NCBI GenBank assembly: GCA_039028615.1
Contig: JBCCHT010000023.1
Coordinates: forward strand, 64,001 to 128,000
Reading direction: 5' to 3'
DNA: 64,000 nt
Origin: Myxococcota bacterium
GTDB lineage: Bacteria; Myxococcota_A; Polyangia; Nannocystales; Nannocystaceae
The notes beneath the pieces were generated by a model. That model saw nothing but the letters and a program-made list of their open reading frames with translations, made no database searches and had not been told where the DNA came from. Positions 38,742 through 47,029 of this stretch are shown piece after piece. The position numbers and the translations under genes were made by a program. Within the stretch, counting starts at the first letter, position 1. Every line of letters begins with the position of its first letter.

Positions 38742-41684
38742 ATGCGCCCGCCCCCTCGACCCACCGCGCCGAACTCCGAGCTCGACGCCTTGCGTGCGCT
38801 CAAGCCGGTGGCGCAGCGCGGCGTCGAACGAGAAGCGGGGTTGGGTGCCGTGCTGGCGGTGGCCCTCGGGCACTCGCCGACTCCGCTGAGCGTGGGCCGC
38901 TTCTCGCTGCAGGAAAAGCTCGGCGAGGGTGGCATGGGCTCGGTGTTCGCGGCGTGGGATCCCGAGCTCGAGCGTCGGGTCGCGCTCAAGTTCCTGCACT
39001 CGGGGGACTCGGAGCGCGAGCGCGAGCACATGCTGGCCGAGGCCCGCGTCCTCGCGCGCTTTTCTCATCCGCACGTGGTGACCATCTACGACGTGGGCGT
39101 GGCCGATCGCCGCGTCTACTTCGCGATGGAGCTGGTCGAAGCGGGCAGCCTCGACGACTGGCTCGATGCGCACCCCGACGCGGGCGCGCCGACCCTGCTG
39201 CAGATCTTCGAGGACGCCGCCCGCGGGCTGGCAGCTGCTCACGCGCGGGGCTTGGTGCATCGCGACTTCAAGCCCCGCAACGTGCTCGTGGGAGACGACG
39301 GCCGGGCCCGGGTCAGCGACTTCGGCCTGGCCACGGAGGACGAAGGCGCTCACCCCACCGACGAGTCGCACCCCGCCTCGCCCACGGAACGAGCCGGCAC
39401 GCCCGACTACATGTCTCCGCAGCAGCGGCGGGGTGAACGAGTCGACGCCCGCGCCGACCAATACAGCTTCGCGCGGGCGCTCGAGCGCTGCCTCGAGCGG
39501 CTCGACGGGCCCGCGCTGCGGGGCCGATCGCGACGACGCCTCGACGCCCTGCTCACCCGGGCACTGGCCGAACAGCCCGAGGATCGCTTCGACTCGATGC
39601 AGGCGGTGATCACCGAGCTTCGCGCGATCCGCCGCCCCCGACGATGGCGACGTCGCCTGGCCCTGGCGGCGCTCGTACTGGGCGGCGGCGTGGTGGCCAT
39701 CGCTCGCAGTCCCGTCGATCCCCTCGACCAGTGCATGGACGGTGCGAACGCGCTGGCGGTGGCCACCGATCAGCAATGGCCCGCGATCACCGATGGCTTG
39801 TCGACGCAGCCGCTGGGCACCGACGCGCTCGCGGTCATCGAGGGCCCTCTACGCCGCTACGCCCAGACCTGGCGCACGGCGTGGACCGACGCGTGCCGAG
39901 CCACGTGGCGCGGCGGAACCCAATCGACGGCGGCGCTGGATCTGCGCCTGCAGTGCCTGGAGCAGCGCCGAACCCATATCCAGACCGTGCTCGAAGCGCT
40001 GACCCACCCCGACGAATCGCTCGCCGTGTCGGCTCCAGTCGTCGTGGGCACCCTGCCGGAGGTCGACGCCTGTGCCCGCGTCGATGTGCTCGCCCGGGAG
40101 GCACCCGAGCCCGATGCCTCGCCGCAGCGGGTCTTGGAGGTTCGTGCAGCCCAGCAACGCCTGGCTCGCGCCCGGGCTCGCTTCGAGGTCGGCGACTTCG
40201 ACGGGCTGAGCCCGCTCCTCGAGCAGGAGCTGGCCCGGGCGGAGCGACTCGACCACGCGCCCACCCTCGCGCAAGCGTTGTTGCTGCACGCCACGATGAT
40301 CGACGTGGGAGGCAATGCCGAACTGAAGGCCCCGCTGCGCCGCAGCTATGTGCTGGCCCAGCGCGCGGGTGACGATGCATCGGCCTTCGATGCCGCCCTC
40401 GAGATGTCGTCGTTCGCCGCCGACGTCGACGACGACTCCGCCCTCGCCGAGTTTTGGGCCGATACCGCCGAAGCGATCGCCGAGCGCATGGGGGCGACCG
40501 ACTGGGAGCGATTGCGGGTCGCCGATACGCGCGGGCGGGTGGCCATGACCACCCTCGACTACGCCGAAGCGGCCGCGCGCCTCGACGAAGCGAGCACCCT
40601 CGCCGCCACCATCTCCGACGCCCAGATCCCCCGCTTCATCGTGGAGATCAACCGCGCGCAGATGCTCGACCTGTCGGGGCACTCGGATAAAGCCCTCGAG
40701 GCCATCGAGTCCGTGCTCCCCGAGATGAAGGACAGGCTGGGTCCCTTCCACCCCTACGTCTTCAACGCCCGATCGACGCACGCCACGATCGCGCTGGGCC
40801 TCGAGCGACTCGCGGAGGCTCGGGCGGCGTACGAACAGCTACAGCGCGACTACCAGCGCTCGCCGCTACCCCATACCCGCGGCCGCATCGTGGTGGCCCT
40901 CAACCTCGGCGAGCTGGAGCGAAGGGCCGGCCGCCTCGAGCTGGCAGAGACCCACATTCGCACCGCGCTGGCGCTGCTCGACGAACACGAGGGCCCGGCT
41001 CGGCGCTACCGCACCGCCTACGAGAACCTCTCGGCGATCTTCGAGGCACAGGGGCGATACGAGGAAGCCCTCGATGCCCTGCGGCGCAGCGACGAGCACC
41101 TCCCCGCGGCAGAGCGAGAGCAACGGCCGGAGCTGGTGGCGCGCAGCCAGGCCACCGCCGGCATCATGCTCACTCGGCTGGGGCGCCTGGACGAAGCCGA
41201 GGACGCACTGGTCGCCGCTCAGGCGGCCGCCGACGAAGGGCTCGCCCCCGAGCACATCCACCGGGTCTATCTCGCCAACGCCTGGGCTCTGCTCGCGCTG
41301 CGGCGCGAGGACTGGACGACCGTGGCCGAGCATGCCCAGCGGGCCATCGATGGACTCGTCGCGACCGATGCGATCGAGCCCGACTTCTGGAGCTTCTCCG
41401 CGGCCATGCTGGCCGAAGCGCACCTCGAGCTGAACCAGATCGACCAAGCTCAGACGGCGCTCGACGAATCACCCGAGACGTCGCAGGAGCGACGGAGCAC
41501 CCTTGCGTGGACCCGATGTCTGCGGGCCCGCATCGCATGGGCACGCGGCGATCGAACGGCAGCCATCGATCACGCCCGCGCGGGAATCGAGGTACTGGCC
41601 GAGGCCGCCGGGGCCCAAGACCGCGAGCGACACGGGCGCTGCGTGCAGTGGCGAGACACCTACGAAGGCGCGTCGACGGGCTGA
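38742..41684 (+). CDS. Ser/Thr kinase - TM - Cys domain - TPR repeats
   Basis: GEGGMG, VALK, HRDFKPRN, DFG, GTPDYMSP; TPR repeats. Confidence 0.9.
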   Translation: MRPPPRPTAPNSELDALRALKPVAQRGVEREAGLGAVLAVALGHSPTPLSVGRFSLQEKLGEGGMGSVFAAWDPELERRVALKFLHSGDSEREREHMLAEARVLARFSHPHVVTIYDVGVADRRVYFAMELVEAGSLDDWLDAHPDAGAPTLLQIFEDAARGLAAAHARGLVHRDFKPRNVLVGDDGRARVSDFGLATEDEGAHPTDESHPASPTERAGTPDYMSPQQRRGERVDARADQYSFARALERCLERLDGPALRGRSRRRLDALLTRALAEQPEDRFDSMQAVITELRAIRRPRRWRRRLALAALVLGGGVVAIARSPVDPLDQCMDGANALAVATDQQWPAITDGLSTQPLGTDALAVIEGPLRRYAQTWRTAWTDACRATWRGGTQSTAALDLRLQCLEQRRTHIQTVLEALTHPDESLAVSAPVVVGTLPEVDACARVDVLAREAPEPDASPQRVLEVRAAQQRLARARARFEVGDFDGLSPLLEQELARAERLDHAPTLAQALLLHATMIDVGGNAELKAPLRRSYVLAQRAGDDASAFDAALEMSSFAADVDDDSALAEFWADTAEAIAERMGATDWERLRVADTRGRVAMTTLDYAEAAARLDEASTLAATISDAQIPRFIVEINRAQMLDLSGHSDKALEAIESVLPEMKDRLGPFHPYVFNARSTHATIALGLERLAEARAAYEQLQRDYQRSPLPHTRGRIVVALNLGELERRAGRLELAETHIRTALALLDEHEGPARRYRTAYENLSAIFEAQGRYEEALDALRRSDEHLPAAEREQRPELVARSQATAGIMLTRLGRLDEAEDALVAAQAAADEGLAPEHIHRVYLANAWALLALRREDWTTVAEHAQRAIDGLVATDAIEPDFWSFSAAMLAEAHLELNQIDQAQTALDESPETSQERRSTLAWTRCLRARIAWARGDRTAAIDHARAGIEVLAEAAGAQDRERHGRCVQWRDTYEGASTG

Positions 41685-42280
41685 ACCTCGGCCACCCAGC
41701 GCTCGACGACCTCCCGCACGCTCTGCTCGACCTCCGACGGCACCACCAGCGCCTCCATGGCCTCGCGCAGCAGCGTGCGAGCGCGATGCAGGCGGCTCTT
41801 GATCGTCCCGGCAGGCACCCCGAAGACCTCGGCCAGCTCGGGCCCGGACAGCTCCTCCCAGTACGTCAGCTCCAACGCCAGCTGCAGCTCGAGGGGCAGC
41901 GTCTGCAGGGCTTCGACCATGATCCGCTGCTCGCGACGATGCCACGCCGCCGTCGACACGCCCGGGTCGAGATCGCGGATCGACGCCACCTCGGGGTCCG
42001 GCTCGAGCATGCGAGCCTCGCGGGCCCGGGCGCGGATCTTCTCGAACAACACGTTGCGCGCGATGGCGAACAAGAACGCGCGAAAGCTGCCGCCCTTGTA
42101 GCGGTCGCGGGCCTCGGCACACCGCAGGAAGGTGCGCTGCACGAGGTCGTCGACATCACGATCGGTCTTGGTACGAAACAACCGGACGATCGCATCGTAG
42201 TAGCGCTCGATCAGCCGGGCTCCCGCCTGGTCGTCGCCGTCTCGCCACGCCAGGGCGAGGGGTGCATCGTCGTCCGACAC
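41660..42280 (-). CDS. ECF sigma factor (paralog 3), convergent with the kinase
   Basis: DDLVQRTFL..FRAFLFAIAR; LELTYWEEL..PAGTIKSRLHRAR; GTG 42280 inferred. Confidence 0.9.
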   Translation of the reverse strand: MSDDDAPLALAWRDGDDQAGARLIERYYDAIVRLFRTKTDRDVDDLVQRTFLRCAEARDRYKGGSFRAFLFAIARNVLFEKIRARAREARMLEPDPEVASIRDLDPGVSTAAWHRREQRIMVEALQTLPLELQLALELTYWEELSGPELAEVFGVPAGTIKSRLHRARTLLREAMEALVVPSEVEQSVREVVERWVAEVQPVDAPS

Positions 42281-42405
42281 GCGGCGCAACGTAGCAGATT
42301 GAAGTGCCCGACACCCCCTCGGCTCCTCGACGCGGTCGCTCGACCGGCGCCGTGGGGCACGCAAAGCGCAGGCGTCGTCGCCGGCGCCTGCGATACCCTC
42401 TCGCC

Positions 42406-43446
42406 ATGCGTCGCTGGCTGCTCCCGTTCGTACTCCTGGGCTGCCTGACCACCCCCGAGTCGATCGCCCGGCCCACCCCTCCCACCGTGGTGGTGATGCG
42501 ACTCGATGCCGAAGAAGTCGCCGCGCTACAAAAAGCGGTGCCGGGGGTGCGGCTCGTGGCCGCCGAAGACGAGGCGGCCGCGTTGGCGCTCATCGGCGAC
42601 GCCGATGGGCTCATCGGCGTGCCCACGCCTGCGCTCGTGGAGGCCGGCACCCGCCTACGCTGGGTGCAGGTGTATAGCGCGGGCGTCGACCGCTACCGCT
42701 TCCCCGAGCTGTCCGACAGCGAGATCGTGCTGACCAACGCCAAGATCGTGCAGGGGCCCAACGTCGCCGACCAAGCGATGGCCTTGCTGCTGGTGCTGAC
42801 GCGCGGCCTCTACGTCACCGAGCGCGCGCGCGACCAGCATGACTGGCGAGGCGGTCGCACCACGCTGAAGAACGGGCCGCGGACGCCGATCGAGCTGCAC
42901 GGCAAGCGAGCGCTGGTGGTCGGGCTCGGAGGTATCGGCACCGCCATCGCCGAGCGAGCGGCCGGGTTCGGCATGGAGGTGGTCGGCATCAAGCGCAACG
43001 CCGACGATCCGCCCGTGCCCCCCGTGAGCGCCGTGTTCCCGCCCGGAGCCCTCGCCGAGCAGCTCGCCCTCGCCGATGTGGTGTTCCTGGCCGTGCCGCT
43101 GACCGAGCAGACCCGCGGCTTGCTCGACGCCGAGGCCCTCGCCGCCATGAAGCCCGAGGCCTTCCTCGTCAACATCGCCCGCGGGGCGGTCATCGATACC
43201 GACGCCCTGGTGGCGCACCTGCAGGCGGGGCACCTGGCGGGCGTGGGGCTCGACGTCACCGATCCCGAGCCCTTGCCTCGCGATCATCCGCTGTGGTCCA
43301 TCGATCGGGTCGTGCTCACCCCGCACATGGGCGGCACCTCCGACCAGGTCTGGGCCCGCAAGCTCGCGCTGCTGGGAGACAACCTCCAGCGTTTTGCCAC
43401 CGACGCCCCGCTACGCAACGTGGTCGACCACGAGCGAGGCTACTGA
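42406..43446 (+). CDS. D-isomer-specific 2-hydroxyacid dehydrogenase with lipoprotein-like N-terminus
   Basis: SAGVD, VGLGGIG, NIARG, DVTDPEP, TPHMGG; MRRWLLPFVLLGC. Confidence 0.88.
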   Translation: MRRWLLPFVLLGCLTTPESIARPTPPTVVVMRLDAEEVAALQKAVPGVRLVAAEDEAAALALIGDADGLIGVPTPALVEAGTRLRWVQVYSAGVDRYRFPELSDSEIVLTNAKIVQGPNVADQAMALLLVLTRGLYVTERARDQHDWRGGRTTLKNGPRTPIELHGKRALVVGLGGIGTAIAERAAGFGMEVVGIKRNADDPPVPPVSAVFPPGALAEQLALADVVFLAVPLTEQTRGLLDAEALAAMKPEAFLVNIARGAVIDTDALVAHLQAGHLAGVGLDVTDPEPLPRDHPLWSIDRVVLTPHMGGTSDQVWARKLALLGDNLQRFATDAPLRNVVDHERGY

Positions 43447-43464
43447 ACCGCATCGACGACGGCG

Positions 43465-44004
43465 TCAGCCCTTGGGCGTCAGCGTGATCCGGCAGGTCCG
43501 GTCACCTTCGTCGAGCTGTTCGTACCCGACGGTGTAGTCGTTCGCGCCCGAGAGCCGAGGGTGCGCCGCGATCCCCTGCAACAGGCCATGTTCGAACGCC
43601 CGAGGATAGGGCGTGCTGCACTCCACGACGAGGCGGCCGTCGTCTTCGCGCTGCACGTGATAGTGGCCGACGTCGCCCTCGTGGTTGAGGTAGTAGATCG
43701 TGTCGAGGGCCATCACGACCTTCTCCACCGAGTCGAGCTCGGGCGGGAAGTGAGCCGCTTCGATGATCGCCCGACCGGTGCCCTCGAGGAGCCGGCCCCC
43801 CGAGCGCTCTTGGAGCTGCCGCATCGCATCCAGCCACGCCTGCACGGGCACTCGCGCGTCGGGGGTGAGCTGATCGGGCTCGATGCCGTGTTGGCGAATC
43901 AGCCACTCCCCGGCGCTCTGCATCGTCTGGAAACCCGCGAGTGTGGCCTTGACGTTGGCCCCCCGCACGGTGGCCTGCGGATCCTTGCAAACAAACTCCA
44001 CCAT
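43465..44004 (-). CDS. Conserved hypothetical protein, stand-alone V4R/H-NOX-like fold suspected
   Basis: SD-like AAGGGGA before ATG; YYLNH.G, TPYPRAFEHGLLQGIA, CRITL. Confidence 0.6.
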   Translation of the reverse strand: MVEFVCKDPQATVRGANVKATLAGFQTMQSAGEWLIRQHGIEPDQLTPDARVPVQAWLDAMRQLQERSGGRLLEGTGRAIIEAAHFPPELDSVEKVVMALDTIYYLNHEGDVGHYHVQREDDGRLVVECSTPYPRAFEHGLLQGIAAHPRLSGANDYTVGYEQLDEGDRTCRITLTPKG

Positions 44005-44176
44005 CAATTCCCCTTGTATCACTCGCACTACGAACAACCCGTGATCTGAAGTGACCCGTTTTGCGGCTCGAACGAGGCGATCACCGAGCGAACGTTGATC
44101 CTCTCCACTTTTTCGAGACAACGATGCGCCAACGCAGGTCTCCCCGCGTCATCGACGTAGAACACCGAGAAGCCTC

Positions 44177-44513
44177 GTGCCCGTCAGCAACTCCAGCCCA
44201 CCGCAGCCTCGTCCCGAAGGGTCCGCGTGTCCCCGACGAAGACACGATCGTCGCGTTGGTCTCGAGTCTGGCCTCGAACGAAGTTCAGGTTCGCTTCGAC
44301 CGGCACATCGAGACCTGCGAGAGTTGCTATGTGATGTGGTCGGCCCTCGGAGGCGCGACTTCGAGCGAGAACTCGAAGCGGCTGAGGCCCCCGGCCTCCT
44401 CGCCGACCCGGCTCGGCCGCGATCTGGTGCTCGACCCCCTAGGCTCGGGGGCCAACGGGCGAGTGCGGGCCCCGTACGATCCGCACGCAACGACTCGAAC
44501 GGGGGAAGAATGA
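44177..44513 (+). pseudogene. Frameshifted, truncated ZAS-type Ser/Thr kinase remnant
   Basis: SAC-P|DEDTIVAL joined across the C4 run at 44231-44234; HIETCESC; degenerate Gly-loop LGRDLVLDPLGSGANGRVRAPYDP, then stop. Confidence 0.75.
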
Positions 44514-44539
44514 ACGGTCGAACACGTTATCGTCGAGCC

Positions 44540-45445
44540 ATGAGCGTGGAGGCGTTGCTCCTCAGTCACCCGCTGCTGGAAGCCCGGGTGGTCGACGCCG
44601 AGCTCAGGACCCGAGCGGTCGTGGCCCTCGAGGCCCTGCTCACCCAGGCGCGCGAACGTTGGCCGGGCGTCGAGCAGTCCGACGAGGCCTGCATCGCTCA
44701 CCTCGCCCCGCGGCTGTCGCCCGCCGGACCCTTGCACGAGGCCATCGAGGCGATTCGTGGAGACGACTTGGTCTTGGCGCTGGCCTGCGCACGAGGAGAC
44801 CGCCGCGCCATCGCCCATTTCGAACAGCTCGTCCGCAAGGACCTGGCCGCCATATTTCGTAGCCCGACCTCCCGCGGGGTCGACCCCGACGACCTGCGCC
44901 AGATCCTCAACCAGCGGTTCTTCGCCTCGCCCGGGGACCGCCCGCCTCGCATCCTCGAGTACTCCGGCCAAGGTCCTCTGCGCACCTGGGTGCGGGTCTC
45001 GGCCACGCGCGAGCGCATCAGCGCCGACCGCCGCAAGGGTGACAAGGCGGCGAGCCTGCCCGAGCGCGACGAACACATCATGAACGCGGCCGGAGGAGAC
45101 GACCCCGAGTTCGGGTTTCTCCAGGCGCACTACCGGGTCCACTTCAAAAGAGCCTTCGGCCGAGCGATGGGGGGTCTCACCGCGCGGCAACGCAACCTCC
45201 TGCGACTCACCACCTACGATGGACTAAGCGCCACCGACCTGAGCAAGCTCTACAACGTCGACCGCTCCACCTCCAAGCGGTGGCTCGTCAGCGCCCGCGC
45301 TCAGCTGCTCGCCGACACTCGCACCTCCCTGGCCGAGGACCTGGACGTGAGCATCGAAGAACTCGAGAGCATCCTACGACTCATCGAGAGTAACCTCGAA
45401 GTCAGCATGCAGCGACTCCTCGGCGAGGACAGCGACGACGAATAG
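44540..45445 (+). CDS. ECF sigma factor, Myxococcales family (paralog of 31778)
   Basis: DDLVLALACARGD, YSGQGPLRTWVRV, RQRNLLRL..DGL..YNVDRSTSKRWL. Confidence 0.85.
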   Translation: MSVEALLLSHPLLEARVVDAELRTRAVVALEALLTQARERWPGVEQSDEACIAHLAPRLSPAGPLHEAIEAIRGDDLVLALACARGDRRAIAHFEQLVRKDLAAIFRSPTSRGVDPDDLRQILNQRFFASPGDRPPRILEYSGQGPLRTWVRVSATRERISADRRKGDKAASLPERDEHIMNAAGGDDPEFGFLQAHYRVHFKRAFGRAMGGLTARQRNLLRLTTYDGLSATDLSKLYNVDRSTSKRWLVSARAQLLADTRTSLAEDLDVSIEELESILRLIESNLEVSMQRLLGEDSDDE

Positions 45446-45529
45446 GCGAGTTCGGCCGAGGCCCTCCAGTGCTCGCGCGACCGGTTCAGCCCCGAGCCCG
45501 CGCCGATTCGGGATATCATCGCCAGGCTG

Positions 45530-45988
45530 ATGAGCGGTCGCGGGATACTGGGTGGTGTGGTGATGCTCGTGGCGGCGTGCGCCAAGCCGCTGGCGCCCGC
45601 ACCGACGACTCCCCAAGTCGAGCCCGCCCCCGCCCCCGCCGAGCCGGACGACGCTCGGTCGTATCAAATGCCGCGAGACCCCAAGGGCGGATACGTCAGC
45701 GACGATCCCCCACCGCCACGCGACCCCGTGCCGGATCGTCCGCCACCTCCCCCGCACGATCCCCCACCGCCGCCGCAGGACCCCGAACAGCCCAAGTGCA
45801 CCCGCGCGCAGTTCGTGGTCGAGCGTTGCATCACGGGTGGCGCCCCTCGTCGAGGCCCCGACGGCCGCCTGGAGGGGCGCACGAGCTGCTCCACCCGCTG
45901 CGAAGCCAAGCCCCCGGCACCCCATCCGTCTCGACAGTGCCGAAAGATCGACGCACGCCACTATCAGTGCAAGTCGTTCGCCCCCTAG
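45530..45988 (+). CDS. Pro-rich lipoprotein with C-terminal Cys domain
   Basis: VAAC lipobox; DPPPP repeats; six C-terminal Cys. Confidence 0.6.
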   Translation: MSGRGILGGVVMLVAACAKPLAPAPTTPQVEPAPAPAEPDDARSYQMPRDPKGGYVSDDPPPPRDPVPDRPPPPPHDPPPPPQDPEQPKCTRAQFVVERCITGGAPRRGPDGRLEGRTSCSTRCEAKPPAPHPSRQCRKIDARHYQCKSFAP

Positions 45989-46127
45989 ACCGCCCGCGTA
46001 CGACGTACGACGGCGTTGTCTCGGTTCTTTTCAAAAAAGTCGATCGCAGCGCAATCGATTCGCCGAGTCGTTGCACTTCATCGCGCCGAGCCACCGAAAG
46101 CCGCTCGGCACGAGGAAAGCCAACGTC

Positions 46128-46922
46128 ATGCATCGCCATCTCGTCATCACCGCCTTGGTCGGGCTGCTGCTGCCCTGGTCTTCGCCTGCGCAGGCGGAGT
46201 GTGGGACCTACTCCATCACCACTTGCTCCGAGGGGAACTTCGTTCCTTCGGGTGGATCGGGATGGGCCTGCAATCCCACCGTTACCGTGCAATCGGGCAC
46301 CTGCTACGCCGACGGCACAGTCGTCGAAAACCCCACCACCACCGTCGTGGGCAACGACCCCGCACATCCCTCCAGCCTGACCTGCAACTACTGGAGCTCA
46401 CCGCAGGTCACCAACTACTGCGGCGTTCACTATCCCCAGCCGCTCGAGGAAATCACGGGGTGCTGTGCCTGCACCCCCACCACCTGCGAGGCGGCAGGAA
46501 TCGAGTGCGGCACCATCGACGATGGCTGCGGCGGCACGCTCGACTGTGGCACCTGCGACGGCACGGGCATCTGCGGTGCGCTGCAGCAAAACATGTGCTG
46601 CGAGCCCTTCGGCTGTCACGACTACGGCCTCGAGTGCGGCACCGCGGACGACGGCTGCGGCGGCACGCTCAACTGCGGCGAGTGCACGGACCCGCTCGAG
46701 CCCTGCTACGAGTACGTCGGCACCCCCTGCGTCATCCTCGGGGGCATCCTCTGCGACGAAGAGTTCATGGAGGTCGACACGCTCGGCAGCTATGTGCACG
46801 CGCCCGGTGAGGACTACGCGACCTGCGAGCCCAACGACAAGGAGTGGTACGTCCAGTACTGCGAGGAGCAGCCGCTCGAGGTGCAATGGATCAGCGCCCC
46901 CGAAGAAGACTGCCTGCCCTAG
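46128..46922 (+). CDS. Secreted Cys-rich repeat protein
   Basis: Signal peptide ending AQA; two ECGTxDDGCGGTLxCGxC repeats; GAGGA SD. Confidence 0.75.
   Translation: MHRHLVITALVGLLLPWSSPAQAECGTYSITTCSEGNFVPSGGSGWACNPTVTVQSGTCYADGTVVENPTTTVVGNDPAHPSSLTCNYWSSPQVTNYCGVHYPQPLEEITGCCACTPTTCEAAGIECGTIDDGCGGTLDCGTCDGTGICGALQQNMCCEPFGCHDYGLECGTADDGCGGTLNCGECTDPLEPCYEYVGTPCVILGGILCDEEFMEVDTLGSYVHAPGEDYATCEPNDKEWYVQYCEEQPLEVQWISAPEEDCLP
46500..46686 (+). repeat. Two copies of an approximately 55-bp coding repeat
   Basis: TCGAGTGCGGCACC..GACGA(T/C)GGCTGCGGCGGCACGCTC at about 46501 and 46631. Confidence 0.8.
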
Positions 46923-47029
46923 TCGCCGGCGGATGGCGATTTGCTCGGGCTTCCCGTGCCACGGCCGTTGCCGCAGTGCGCTAGCATGACTGCGCGGCGA
47001 CTGAATCCGAGCACGGGAGGCCACGCGCG

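Noticed and set aside
46500..46686. Direct repeats resembling a mini-CRISPR
   Set aside because: Only two copies, in frame, encoding Cys-rich peptide repeats; no cas genes nearby.
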